Counted from the stretch's first letter, positions 1-9,000 are shown. The stretch is 40,797 nt of DNA from Deltaproteobacteria bacterium (GCA_003696505.1 RFHC01000076.1:1-40797), one strand, 5' to 3'. Numbers and translations: made by a program. The notes: generated by a model not told the origin, from the sequence alone.

Positions 1-2
1 GG

Positions 3-317
3 GTTGCGGGGGCCCTGACGGGGACCCTTCCCGACACGGAAGCCTACCGGAGGAACAGAGAGAGGCTCCTGAAGATATTCTCAAAGTGTGGAATCGAGTT
101 CGTTCCCCCGGAAGGGGCCTTCTACTTCTTCCCGAAGACCCCCTGGGGACTCGGAGACGAAGATTTCGTTCTCGCCGCACGGGAAGAGAAAATTCTCGTC
201 GTCCCGGGAGGAGGCTTCGGAGCGCCCGGCCACTTCAGGGTCGCCTTCTGCGTGGACCCCGTCGTTGTGGAAAGGTCCGAAGAGGCGTGGATGAGGCTTG
301 CCGGGAGGTTCAGCTGA
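3..317 (+). CDS. PLP-dependent class I/II (AspAT-like) aminotransferase, C-terminal fragment; 5' end lies outside the window
   Basis: Frame 3 is open from the window edge to TGA 315-317. It reads ...IEFVPPEGAFYFFPKTPWGLGDEDFVLAAREEKILVVPGGGFGAPGHFRVAFCVDP..., typical of the C-terminal small domain of class I aminotransferases. It is absent from the ORF track because it has no start in the window. The stop overlaps the hisC ATG (cTGATGg). Confidence 0.7.
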   Translation, partial: VAGALTGTLPDTEAYRRNRERLLKIFSKCGIEFVPPEGAFYFFPKTPWGLGDEDFVLAAREEKILVVPGGGFGAPGHFRVAFCVDPVVVERSEEAWMRLAGRFS

Positions 318-1369
318 TGGACCCCCTGAAGGTGGTGAGGGAGAACATCCTCCGAATGGCGGGGTACGTCCCGGGGGAACAGCCCCGGGGCGGGAAAGTG
401 ATAAAACTGAACACGAACGAAAATCCCTACCCGCCGTCGCCGAGGGTCCTGGAAGCGATTCGCTCCTCCCTCGACGAGAGCCTGAGGCTTTACCCCCAGC
501 CGACGGCGGACGACCTGCGGGAAAAGGCCGCAGAAGTGTACGGACTTCCGCCCGAGTGCATCATCGCCGGAAACGGTTCGGACGAACTCCTGACGATGCT
601 CGTTCGGGTTTTCGTCGGTGAGGGAGAGAAGGTGGTCTATCCCACTCCCACTTACACCCTCTACGAAACTCTCGCCGAGATTCAGGGGGGAGGCACGGTG
701 GAAGTCCCCTTCCCCTCAGACTTTTCCCTCCCGGCGGGACTGGCTGAATCGGAGGGGAAGGTTCTCTTCCTCGCCAACCCCAACTCTCCCTCCGGGACAC
801 TCGTCCCGACGGACCAGGTCCGACGTCTGGCGGAATCCTTTCGCGGAATCGTCGTCGTCGACGAGGCGTATGCAGACTTCGCCGGCGAAACCTCAATCCC
901 CCTCGTCCGGGACCTGGAAAACGTCGTCGTCCTCAGAACCTTCTCCAAATCGTTCTCCCTCGCGGGAATTCGCCTCGGACTCGCCTTCGGGAATCCCGGG
1001 GTAATCGAACAGATGATGAAGGTGAAGGATTCCTACAACGTGAACCGGCTCACCCAGGTTGCGGGGATAGCCGCCCTCGAGGACCTCGAATGGATGAAAG
1101 AGAACGTGAGGAAAGTGGTGAGGACGAGAGAGAGGATGACGGAGAAATTGAAGGAGATGGGATTCACCGTTCTCCCGTCGCGGGCCAACTTCGTCTTCGC
1201 CCGCAGGGAGGGGGAATACCTGAAGAACCTCTACGAAGGGCTGAAGGAAAGGGGTATCCTCGTTCGCTTCTTCGACACGCCCTCCCTCAGGGACGCCCTG
1301 AGGATTACGGTGGGGACCGACGAAGAGGTGGACCTCTTCCTCGAAGAACTCGCCTCCCTGCTAAAATAA
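317..1369 (+). CDS. hisC: histidinol-phosphate aminotransferase
   Basis: Starts MDPLKVVRENILRMAGYVPGEQP. Motifs seen: IKLNTNENPYPPSP, GNGSDELL, VVVDEAYADF and RTFSKSFSLAGIRLG (PLP-lysine context). The track ORF start at 86 is an R/P-rich 5' extension in the same frame that overlaps the upstream gene. Confidence 0.9.
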   Translation: MDPLKVVRENILRMAGYVPGEQPRGGKVIKLNTNENPYPPSPRVLEAIRSSLDESLRLYPQPTADDLREKAAEVYGLPPECIIAGNGSDELLTMLVRVFVGEGEKVVYPTPTYTLYETLAEIQGGGTVEVPFPSDFSLPAGLAESEGKVLFLANPNSPSGTLVPTDQVRRLAESFRGIVVVDEAYADFAGETSIPLVRDLENVVVLRTFSKSFSLAGIRLGLAFGNPGVIEQMMKVKDSYNVNRLTQVAGIAALEDLEWMKENVRKVVRTRERMTEKLKEMGFTVLPSRANFVFARREGEYLKNLYEGLKERGILVRFFDTPSLRDALRITVGTDEEVDLFLEELASLLK

Positions 1370-1390
1370 AGAAAAATACCGGTGGCACTC

Positions 1391-1561
1391 ATGGACAGGG
1401 ACGACTGGAAATATTACGACGACGAAGAACTCTGGGACGAGGAAGACCTGGAGAGAGAGGAAGAAGGGGAGAAAAGGGAAGTCCAGTGCCCTCACTGCAC
1501 CCGGTTTGTCGACGCAGATTCCCCCTACTGCACATGGTGCGGAAGACCTCTTGAGCGGTAA
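1391..1561 (+). CDS. small acidic zinc-ribbon protein (56 aa), uncharacterised
   Basis: ATG 1391 to TAA 1559-1561 gives MDRDDWKYYDDEELWDEEDLEREEEGEKREVQCPHCTRFVDADSPYCTWCGRPLER. It has CPHC-x11-CTWCG, a classic zinc-ribbon knuckle pair, behind a D/E-rich N-terminus. It is below the length cut-off of the ORF track. It fills the hisC-DUF1848 gap, but its SD is weak (GGTGG). Confidence 0.5.
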   Translation: MDRDDWKYYDDEELWDEEDLEREEEGEKREVQCPHCTRFVDADSPYCTWCGRPLER

Positions 1562-1570
1562 TTTCCTCCC

Positions 1571-2362
1571 ATGCCGGAAATCGTAAGCGTCAGCCGGAGA
1601 ACGGACGTCCCGGCCTTTTTCTGGGACGAATTCCTGAACATTCTCAGGCGGGGAAAGGCAGTCAGCAGAAACCCCTTTAACGGAAGGGAGAAAGAAGTTT
1701 CTCTCAGGAGGGATGACGTCCTCCTCTTCGTCTTCTGGACGAAGAACCCCTCCCGACTCGTCCGGGATCTGCCCAGACTCCTGGGAAAAGGGTATCGGTG
1801 CGTCGTCCACGTGACGGTCAACGGGTATCCTCCCGTCATCGAGAAGTCGATTCCCCCCGCATCAGACGTCGCCTCCAGCCTCAGGGCCCTCTCCCGCATT
1901 CTGGGGAGAGAAAAGGTTTTCTGGAGGTTTGACCCCCTCCTCCCGGGAGAGTCTCCTGACGAAACCCTTCAGAGATTTCAGGCAATTGCCGACCTCATCG
2001 GGGAATCGGCGGGAAGGATTTACACATCCGCTTACCAGCCTTACCGGAAGACCCTCGGCAGGCTCGAAAAAGCGGGTGTCGACCCCCGCGGCCCCGTCTC
2101 CCTGGAAGCTGCTTTCAAGGTGAGGGAAGAGGCTCGAAGAAGGGGAATCCCCCTCTTCTCCTGCTGCTCCCCCCTCCTTTCGGAGGCGGGAATTGCACAG
2201 GGGGCGTGCATCGACGGGGAGTACCTGTCAAAAATATTCCCCGATGTTAAGATTGATAAAAGGAACAACCCAACCCGGGAGGGATGCCTCTGCACCGACA
2301 GCAGGGACATCGGGTTCTACCGGACCTGCCGGGGCGGGTGCATCTACTGCTACGCATCGTGA
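1571..2362 (+). CDS. DUF1848-family protein (uncharacterised, C-terminal Cys cluster)
   Basis: The N-terminus MPEIVSVSRRTDVPAFFWDEF matches the family hallmark (SxSRRTDIPAFY). The C-terminus reads GCLCTDSRDIGFYRTCRGGCIYCYAS, a Cys-rich, Fe-S-like cluster. Confidence 0.8.
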   Translation: MPEIVSVSRRTDVPAFFWDEFLNILRRGKAVSRNPFNGREKEVSLRRDDVLLFVFWTKNPSRLVRDLPRLLGKGYRCVVHVTVNGYPPVIEKSIPPASDVASSLRALSRILGREKVFWRFDPLLPGESPDETLQRFQAIADLIGESAGRIYTSAYQPYRKTLGRLEKAGVDPRGPVSLEAAFKVREEARRRGIPLFSCCSPLLSEAGIAQGACIDGEYLSKIFPDVKIDKRNNPTREGCLCTDSRDIGFYRTCRGGCIYCYAS

Positions 2363-2374
2363 CGGGAGAATGAG

Positions 2375-4351
2375 ATGAAAAAGTACGAGGTCAGGCCGGA
2401 AACGAGCGTCACGCGGCAAAAAGACATCCTGGCGGAACTGAACGAAAGCCAGAGAGAAGCCGTCACCCACGGGGAAGGGCCTCTCCTCGTCATCGCCGGT
2501 GCAGGGTCGGGAAAGACAAAGACGCTCGTGTGCCGGGTGGCCTACCTCGTTTCTCAGGGAGTCCCGCCGGAATCTATCCTCCTCCTCACCTTCACGAGAA
2601 AGGCAGCCGAGGAGATGCTCAGGCGCGCGGCGGCCCTCTCCGACCCCCGGTGCGAAAGGGTCACAGGGGGGACCTTTCACTCCTTCGCCAACACGGTCCT
2701 GAGGAAGTACGCCGATCTCATCGGATACGACAGATCCTTCACCATCCTCGACAGGTCCGACTCCCACGACCTGGTGGGATTCATCCGGGAAGAGATGGGA
2801 TTCTCCTCACGAACCGTCCGGTTCCCGAAAAAGGAAACGGTAGCGGATATCATCAGCAAATCGGTGAACAAGAACCTCACCATCGAAGACGTCCTCACCA
2901 TCGACTATCCCCACTTCAGTTACCTGGCCGATGACATCGAGAAAATCGCCGTCAGGTACGCCACCCTGAAGCGGGAAAAGAACCTGATGGACTACGACGA
3001 CCTCCTGACGAACCTGAAGCTCCTTCTCGTCGAGCATCCCGATGTGAGGAGGAATCTCTCCGAGAGCTTTCGCTACATCATGATTGACGAGTTTCAGGAC
3101 ACCAACAGGATACAGGCGGAAATCGCTTACCTGGTGGCGGAAACGCACAGGAACATCATGGTGGTGGGCGACGACTCCCAGAGCATCTACTCTTTCCGTG
3201 GGGCGGACTTCCGCAACATCATGGACTTCCCCCGCGTCTACCCGGACGCGAAAATCGTTTTTCTGGAGGAAAACTACCGTTCCACCCAGCCCATCCTGGA
3301 CCTGACGAACACCATCATCAGTCAGGCTGCGGAAAAGTACCCGAAGAAACTCTACACGCGGAAAGGCGGGGGAAACCCGCCCTGGCTCGTGGCAACTCCG
3401 GACGAACACATGCAGTCCGTTTTCGTGGCCGACAGGATTCTGGAAATTCACGAGGACCAGGGAGTTCCCTTCTCCGACATGGCGGTCCTTTTCCGCGCCG
3501 CCTACCTCTCCTTCGACCTGGAACTGGAACTGGCGAAGAGGAACATCCCCTACCGGAAGTTCGGCGGGTTCCGGTTCATGGAAACGGCGCACGTAAAAGA
3601 CGTCCTCTCCGTCCTGAGAATTGTCGTCAACCCTCAGGATGAGATAAGCGCGGGACGCGCATTTCGCCTCCTCGAGGGAATAGGGAAGAGGAAAGCCTCA
3701 TCGCTCACGAAGATTCTCGCGGAGTCAGGGTCGCTGGAGGAAGCCTCACGGGCTCTAACGGAAGTCAAAAGGAGCGACGACTGCAAAAGCTTCGCGGAGC
3801 TCCTCCTCTCCCTCTCGCGGGCGAATCTCCCCGTCAGCGAAATGGTGGGGAGGGTCGTCAACTTCTACCGCCCCATCATGGAGAAGAAGTTCGACGACTA
3901 CCCGAAGAGGCTGAAGGACCTGGAACAGCTGGAGATTCTCGCCGAGAGGTACCGCTCCCTCAACTCCTTCCTCACTGATGTCGTCCTCGAACCGATCGAG
4001 TCGAGCGTTGCAGACATGACGGCAACGGACCGGGAGACAGACTACCTCACCCTCTCCACGATTCACTCAGCCAAGGGGCTCGAGTGGCACACCGTCTTCA
4101 TCATCTGGGTCCTGGACGGGAAACTCCCCACGATGAAGTCGGCGGAAGACTTTGCCCAGCTCGAGGAGGAGCGGCGTCTCCTCTACGTCGCTGCCACGAG
4201 GGCAAAGGAAAACCTCTTCCTCACCTACCCGATGAACATCTACGACCGGGCGACGCAGATGGTCCTCTCCAAGCCGTCCCGGTTCATCGAGGGCATACCC
4301 AGGAACATCCTCCCGCGCTACACGGTCTACGAGTATCAGGATTCATTCTGA
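2375..4351 (+). CDS. SF1 UvrD/PcrA/Rep-family ATP-dependent DNA helicase (658 aa)
   Basis: Helicase motifs: AGAGSGKTKTL (Walker A), IMIDEFQDTN (II), VVGDDSQSIYSFRGA (III), ENYRSTQ (IV), TIHSAKGLEW (V), LYVAATRAKENL (VI). SD GGGAGAA lies upstream of the ATG. Confidence 0.9.
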   Translation: MKKYEVRPETSVTRQKDILAELNESQREAVTHGEGPLLVIAGAGSGKTKTLVCRVAYLVSQGVPPESILLLTFTRKAAEEMLRRAAALSDPRCERVTGGTFHSFANTVLRKYADLIGYDRSFTILDRSDSHDLVGFIREEMGFSSRTVRFPKKETVADIISKSVNKNLTIEDVLTIDYPHFSYLADDIEKIAVRYATLKREKNLMDYDDLLTNLKLLLVEHPDVRRNLSESFRYIMIDEFQDTNRIQAEIAYLVAETHRNIMVVGDDSQSIYSFRGADFRNIMDFPRVYPDAKIVFLEENYRSTQPILDLTNTIISQAAEKYPKKLYTRKGGGNPPWLVATPDEHMQSVFVADRILEIHEDQGVPFSDMAVLFRAAYLSFDLELELAKRNIPYRKFGGFRFMETAHVKDVLSVLRIVVNPQDEISAGRAFRLLEGIGKRKASSLTKILAESGSLEEASRALTEVKRSDDCKSFAELLLSLSRANLPVSEMVGRVVNFYRPIMEKKFDDYPKRLKDLEQLEILAERYRSLNSFLTDVVLEPIESSVADMTATDRETDYLTLSTIHSAKGLEWHTVFIIWVLDGKLPTMKSAEDFAQLEEERRLLYVAATRAKENLFLTYPMNIYDRATQMVLSKPSRFIEGIPRNILPRYTVYEYQDSF

Positions 4352-4361
4352 ATCTATCCGG

Positions 4362-4404
4362 AGAAAAAACGAAAAAAGGCGGGAGAGCGATGAACTCTCC
4401 CGCC
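4362..4404 (-). terminator. rho-independent terminator of the aconitase gene
   Basis: A 10-bp perfect stem ggcgggagag (4378-4387) / ctctcccgcc (4395-4404) with a 7-nt loop. On the minus strand it is followed by TTTTTTCGTTTTTT (plus-strand A-tract 4364-4377). It lies 27 nt past the acn stop. The plus-strand reading has no U-tract. Confidence 0.65.
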
Positions 4405-4430
4405 TCTCAAATCACCTCTCAAAGGACCGT

Positions 4431-6386
4431 TCAGAGAGCGCCCTTCTGCTTCGTGTAAGCCAGCCTTCCGCCGGCAAGGAGAATCTCAATCTGCCTCTGC
4501 GAGAGGGTGTGGGTGAGTTCGAACTCGTACCCTTTCGTCGCGTTCACCGCTTTGACGCGGTCGCCCTTCTGGATGTCCTCCTTCACCGAGGGGAGTTCGA
4601 TTCTGTCCCCCTGGTCGATGCGGTCGTAATCGCTCTCGTTCACAAACAGGAGCGGGATGATTCCGAAGTTGACCAGGTTTGCCGAGTGGATTCTCTCGAA
4701 GGACTTGGCGATGACAGCCCGGACACCCAGATAGCTGGGGCATATGGCGGCGTGCTCTCTCGAACTTCCCTGACCGTAGGACATCCCTCCCACGATGACG
4801 TTGTGGACGCCCTTCTCCTTGTTTTCGAGTGCCCTCTTGTGGAATTCGGGGTCCACCGTCTCGAAAACGAAGGTGGCGTACTTCGGGATGTTGGAGCGGT
4901 ACTTGAGGCGCGAGCCTGCGGGCATGATGTGGTCGGTCGTAATCTTGTCCCCCACTTTGAGGGTGACCTCGCCCCTGATTGCGTCAGGCAGGGGAGCAGG
5001 CTCGGGAGGATTGCCGATGTTGGGCCCTCTCCTGATTTCCACCGTCGCTGGGTCCTCGGCGGGAGGGATAATCATCGAGTCGTCGATGATGAACTTCTCG
5101 GGGACCTGGACGTCGGGGTACTCGATGCCGAGCTCTTCCGCCACGTCCCTCGGGTCAGCAATCTCGCCCTTCAGGGCGCAGGCAGCTGCCGTCTCGGGAC
5201 TGACGAGGTAGACGCCGGCGTCCTTCGTGCCGGACCTCCCGAAGAAGTTCCTGTTGTTCGTCCTGACGCTGACCCCCTTCGAGGGAGGAGCCTGACCCGC
5301 GCCGATGCAGAATCCGCAGGTGGACTCGAGAATCCGCGCACCGGCTTCAACGAGAGTCGCGAGGGAGCTCTCCTTCGTCGCCATGAGGAGGACCTGGCGC
5401 GACCCGGGAGCAACGCCGAAGCTCACCCTCGGGTGAACCTTTCTCCCCTCGAGAATTTTCGCCACCGTCGTCACGTCCTTGTACGAGGAGTTCGTGCACG
5501 ACCCGATGAGGACCTGGTCAACGGGAAGGCCTGCGATGTCCCTCACCTTCACGACGTTGTCGGGGCTGTGGGGCTGCGCCACCATCGGTTCAAGCTCGGA
5601 AAGGTTCAGGTCGATGACCCTGTCGTACTCGGCATCGGGGTCCGCTTCCAGCGGGACCCAGACCTCCTCCCTTCCCTGCGCCCGGAGGAACGCCCGGGTG
5701 ATTTCGTCGGAGGGGAAGATGCTCGTCGTCACGCCCAGTTCAGCGCCCATGTTCGTGATGGTGGCTCTCTCGGGGACGCTCAAGGTCTTCACCCCCTCGC
5801 CGCCGTACTCGACGACCCATCCCACGTTGCCTTTGGTCGTCAGGATTTCCAGGAGTTTGAGAATCACGTCCTTCGCCGAGACGAACGGCCTCAGTTTCCC
5901 CGTCAGGTTCACTTTCAGGACCTTCGGATAGGTGAGGTAAAAAGGACCGCCCGCCATGGCAATGGCCACGTCGAGGCCGCCGGCCCCGATGGCGAGCATC
6001 CCGATTCCGCCGTTCGTGGGAGTGTGAGAATCGGACCCGAGAAGGGTCTTGCCGGGAGCGCCGAACCGCTCGAGGTGAACCTGGTGGCAGATGCCGTTTC
6101 CCGCTTTGGAGTAGTAAATCCCGTACTTCGCGGCCACGGTCTGCAGGTAGAGGTGGTCGTCAGCGTTCTCGAACCCCTCCTGAAGCGTGTTGTGGTCCAC
6201 GTAGGAGACGGAGAGTTCCGTCCTCACCCTCGGAATCCCCATCGATTCGAACTGGAGATAAACCATCGTCCCCGTGGCATCCTGGGTGAGGGTCTGGTCT
6301 ATGCGGATACCCACCTCCTTGCCGGGGACGGGCTCACCGCTGACCAGATGAGCATCGATGATTTTCTGAACAATGTTCTTCCCCAC
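4431..6386 (-). CDS. acn: aconitate hydratase, short (~650 aa) Aquifex-type aconitase family
   Basis: GTG start with AAGGAGG 5 nt upstream. Motifs seen: IRIDQTLTQDATG, GSDSHTPTNGG, IGSCTNSSYKD, STCGFCIG and GQGSSREHAA (Fe-S ligand and active-site motifs of the aconitase family). Confidence 0.9.
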   Translation of the reverse strand: MGKNIVQKIIDAHLVSGEPVPGKEVGIRIDQTLTQDATGTMVYLQFESMGIPRVRTELSVSYVDHNTLQEGFENADDHLYLQTVAAKYGIYYSKAGNGICHQVHLERFGAPGKTLLGSDSHTPTNGGIGMLAIGAGGLDVAIAMAGGPFYLTYPKVLKVNLTGKLRPFVSAKDVILKLLEILTTKGNVGWVVEYGGEGVKTLSVPERATITNMGAELGVTTSIFPSDEITRAFLRAQGREEVWVPLEADPDAEYDRVIDLNLSELEPMVAQPHSPDNVVKVRDIAGLPVDQVLIGSCTNSSYKDVTTVAKILEGRKVHPRVSFGVAPGSRQVLLMATKESSLATLVEAGARILESTCGFCIGAGQAPPSKGVSVRTNNRNFFGRSGTKDAGVYLVSPETAAACALKGEIADPRDVAEELGIEYPDVQVPEKFIIDDSMIIPPAEDPATVEIRRGPNIGNPPEPAPLPDAIRGEVTLKVGDKITTDHIMPAGSRLKYRSNIPKYATFVFETVDPEFHKRALENKEKGVHNVIVGGMSYGQGSSREHAAICPSYLGVRAVIAKSFERIHSANLVNFGIIPLLFVNESDYDRIDQGDRIELPSVKEDIQKGDRVKAVNATKGYEFELTHTLSQRQIEILLAGGRLAYTKQKGAL

Positions 6387-6451
6387 GATGACCTCCTTTT
6401 CCGGGTATTTATCGAGTTACTGCTGAAAGGTGTCCGGGAAAACGTCATTCA

Positions 6452-6480
6452 TATTATTACAGAGAGGGTGTGTTGACAAC
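6452..6480 (-). promoter_or_regulatory. candidate sigma70-type promoter for acn
   Basis: The minus strand reads TTGTCA (6480-6475), a 17-nt spacer, then TAATAT (6457-6452). This lies about 65 nt upstream of the GTG start. Confidence 0.45.
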
Positions 6481-6495
6481 ACTCTTCTCCCCGCC

Positions 6496-6524
6496 TTGAG
6501 ACGACCTCCCCGCTGTGGTATAGA
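6496..6524 (+). promoter_or_regulatory. candidate promoter for the ClC gene
   Basis: TTGAGA (6496-6501), a 17-nt spacer, then TATAGA (6519-6524; TAGAAT overlaps it). If used, the TTG start at 6533 would be nearly leaderless and ATG 6560 becomes the more likely start. Confidence 0.25.
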
Positions 6525-6532
6525 ATGGGAGA

Positions 6533-8359
6533 TTGAGTCAACTTCTCTTCGGCAGGGAAATGAACGATCTCTGGAAAACCCTTTCAGGATTCACGACGAA
6601 GCGGGTGGCGGACCCGGTCAGGAACGTCATCTTCCGGACGCTATCGAGACTGGGCGTCACCGTTCAATCCTTCAACATCCTCCTCGCCGTCGTCGTGGGT
6701 GTCCTTTCGGGCCTCGGCGCAGTCGTCTTCATCAAGCTCATCGACCTTTTTACGTGGATATTCTTCGACAAGGTCCACGGCGACCTCCTGGGGAGGACCC
6801 GGGCGCTCATCTTCATCCTCCCCGCAATCGGAGGACTCCTCATCGCACCTCTCATCAAACTCTTCCCCACCGAGGCGAAGGGTGACGGCGTCCCCGACGC
6901 CATGGAAGCGATAACCCTGAAGGGGGGTATTCTCAAGCCCCGCACCACCCTCATCAGGACCTTCACGGCGGCTGCCACACTCGGGTCAGGCGGCTCGGTG
7001 GGAAGAGAGGCTCCCATCGCCCAGATAGGAGCGGCCCTCGGGTCGAGCGTGGGACAGTTTCTCCGCCTCTCGGGAGAAATGATGAAGACCCTCGTGGGGT
7101 GCGGCGCAGCAGGAGGCATCGCCGCTGTCTTCAACGCCCCCATCGGCGGCGTCTTCTTCGCCCTGGAGGTGATGATAGGGGACTTCTCCCTCCAGACCTT
7201 CGGCCCCATCGTCATCTCCTCCGTCATCGCAACGGTGACGATGAGGGCGTTTCTGGGCGACATCCTCCAGTTTCAGGTCCCCCACTACGAACTGAGGAGC
7301 GCCATCGAGTTCGTCCCCTACGCGGTCCTCGGAGCGATATGCGGGGTTCTCGCCGTCGGATTCATCCGCCTCCTCGACTGGACAGAAGAGTTCTTCAACG
7401 ACCGCCTCCGGGTAAACCCGCTCCTGAAGCCCGCCATCGGCGGTCTCATCGTCGGCCTCATTGCCATACTCTTCCCCCAGATACTCGGGACGGAGATGGA
7501 ATCGGTGAACACCGCCCTCTTCGGACAGGGCGCCTGGTTCTTCCTCCTCTTCCTGGGGCTCCTCAAGATATTCACCACCTCCGTTTCCATCGGGTCAGGA
7601 GGGTCGGGAGGCGTCCTGGGTCCTTCTCTCTTTATCGGGGGAATGCTCGGGGGAGCCATCGGGAAGGTTTTCTCGCTCCTCTTCCCCTCGGTGGTAACAA
7701 CACCCGGCGCATACGGGCTCGTCGGGATGGGAGCCTTCCTCGCGTCGGTGGTCCACGCTCCCATCACGGGAATAATGATCGTATTCGAGATGACCAACGA
7801 CTACAAGGCGATTCTCCCCCTCATGGAGGCCACCATCATTGCCATGGTGGTAGCGAAGAGACTCCTCCCCTACTCCCTCTACACGTACAAACTCCACCTC
7901 AGGGGGATTGACATCGTCTCGGGAAGGGAGATGGGAGTCCTCAAGTCGCTCCGGGTTTCCGACATCATGAAGAAGGAATTCACCACCATTTCCCCTTCGG
8001 CAACCTTCGACGAGATGGTCAACGTCTTCATCAACAACCCGACGAATTACCTCTACATACTGGACGGCGACCACCGGCTCGCCGGGGTCGTCTCCTTTTC
8101 CGACATCAAGTCATTCGTGAAGGATGAAGAACTGGCACACCTGGTGAGGGCGTACGACGTCGCGACCACAGACGTGGTCTCCGTCTGCCCGGACGACGAC
8201 CTCTACACGGCGCTCAACCGTTTCGGATACAAGAACGTTGAGCAGCTCCCGGTCATCGATAACCCCATCACGAGAAGGCTCATCGGGGTCATCTACCGGA
8301 AAGACCTCCTCCAGGCATACCAGAAGGAACTCATCAAGATGGAGTTCCGGGAGGAGTGA
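6533..8359 (+). CDS. ClC-family voltage-gated chloride channel / H+-Cl- antiporter with C-terminal CBS pair
   Basis: ClC signatures seen: GSGGSVGREAPI, NAPIGGVFFALE and GVLGPSLFIGG. The C-terminal ~140 aa (VSDIMKKEF...LPVIDN...IGVIYRKDLL) form two CBS motifs. The track start is TTG 6533. An alternative start is ATG 6560 (MNDLWKT). Confidence 0.9.
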   Translation: MSQLLFGREMNDLWKTLSGFTTKRVADPVRNVIFRTLSRLGVTVQSFNILLAVVVGVLSGLGAVVFIKLIDLFTWIFFDKVHGDLLGRTRALIFILPAIGGLLIAPLIKLFPTEAKGDGVPDAMEAITLKGGILKPRTTLIRTFTAAATLGSGGSVGREAPIAQIGAALGSSVGQFLRLSGEMMKTLVGCGAAGGIAAVFNAPIGGVFFALEVMIGDFSLQTFGPIVISSVIATVTMRAFLGDILQFQVPHYELRSAIEFVPYAVLGAICGVLAVGFIRLLDWTEEFFNDRLRVNPLLKPAIGGLIVGLIAILFPQILGTEMESVNTALFGQGAWFFLLFLGLLKIFTTSVSIGSGGSGGVLGPSLFIGGMLGGAIGKVFSLLFPSVVTTPGAYGLVGMGAFLASVVHAPITGIMIVFEMTNDYKAILPLMEATIIAMVVAKRLLPYSLYTYKLHLRGIDIVSGREMGVLKSLRVSDIMKKEFTTISPSATFDEMVNVFINNPTNYLYILDGDHRLAGVVSFSDIKSFVKDEELAHLVRAYDVATTDVVSVCPDDDLYTALNRFGYKNVEQLPVIDNPITRRLIGVIYRKDLLQAYQKELIKMEFREE

Positions 8360-8365
8360 CCCCCC

Positions 8366-8968
8366 TCAATCCTCCATCGGCCTCGACATCTCGGAGAAGT
8401 ACTCGTGAGTCTTCAATTCCTCCCAGAAGGCAACCATGTCCTTCGTGTAGATGAGCAGGTCGTGCTTCACCCCTATCTGGTCGATGACGTGGTTTTTCAG
8501 TGTGGCCTCGTGGACGAAGCCGAGTTTTTCGAAAACCTTCTGCGCCCCCACCTGAATCTCCATCATCTCCGCAACTATCTTGTCCACGCCCGTCCTGAGA
8601 GCGTGGAAGAAGAGTTCGCGGGCAATGGCTGACCCCAGTCCTCTCCTCTGGAAATCCCGGGCGATTGCAATCCGGATGGTAGCAACGTGCCTCATCCATC
8701 CTCCCAGATTCCGATGGAGGGTCCCGTCGCCGACAACTCTCTGCCCTTCCCAGGCAAGGATGGGAAACACCTTCTCGTAGTTCAACTCCCTCGCCCACTT
8801 TTCAATGACGAGGGGGTCCGTCACGTCGTCCTTCAGGTAGAGCCTGTCCTCCTCGGGCAGGGCGACGAAAAACTCGTACAGCGCCTCTTTATCTTTTCTC
8901 TCGAAAGGCTTGAGGGTAACCTTCGTCCCGTCCTTGAGCGTAACCTCCTTCGGATAATCTTTCAGCAT
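8366..8968 (-). CDS. GNAT-family N-acetyltransferase
   Basis: IAIARDFQRRGLGSAIARELF is the acetyl-CoA-binding Q/RxxGxG/A motif. The ATG is preceded by AAGGAGGG. Confidence 0.8.
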   Translation of the reverse strand: MLKDYPKEVTLKDGTKVTLKPFERKDKEALYEFFVALPEEDRLYLKDDVTDPLVIEKWARELNYEKVFPILAWEGQRVVGDGTLHRNLGGWMRHVATIRIAIARDFQRRGLGSAIARELFFHALRTGVDKIVAEMMEIQVGAQKVFEKLGFVHEATLKNHVIDQIGVKHDLLIYTKDMVAFWEELKTHEYFSEMSRPMED

Positions 8969-9000
8969 GGCGACCCTCCTTTTTAAAATATCGTTTTATT

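Noticed and set aside
86-316. 5' extensions of track ORFs (hisC from 86; also 10252-10731, 28671-29522, 12375-12521, 13103-13390 and 18373-18522)
   Set aside because: In each case the extension overlaps a well-supported neighbouring gene and is R/P/G-rich nonsense. An internal ATG or GTG with a good SD matches the family N-terminus.
4509-6476. 655-aa plus-strand ORF opposite the aconitase gene
   Set aside because: Its composition is low-complexity and R/G/D/H/P/V-rich, with no recognisable motif, SD or promoter. It is in codon register with a strongly supported aconitase on the other strand, so it is a shadow ORF.
6474-6479. Perfect TTGACA on the plus strand as the -35 for the ClC gene
   Set aside because: It lies 41 nt from the nearest -10-like box on the plus strand. 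The overlapping hexamer read on the minus strand (TTGTCA) has ideal 17-nt spacing to TAATAT and fits the aconitase promoter instead.
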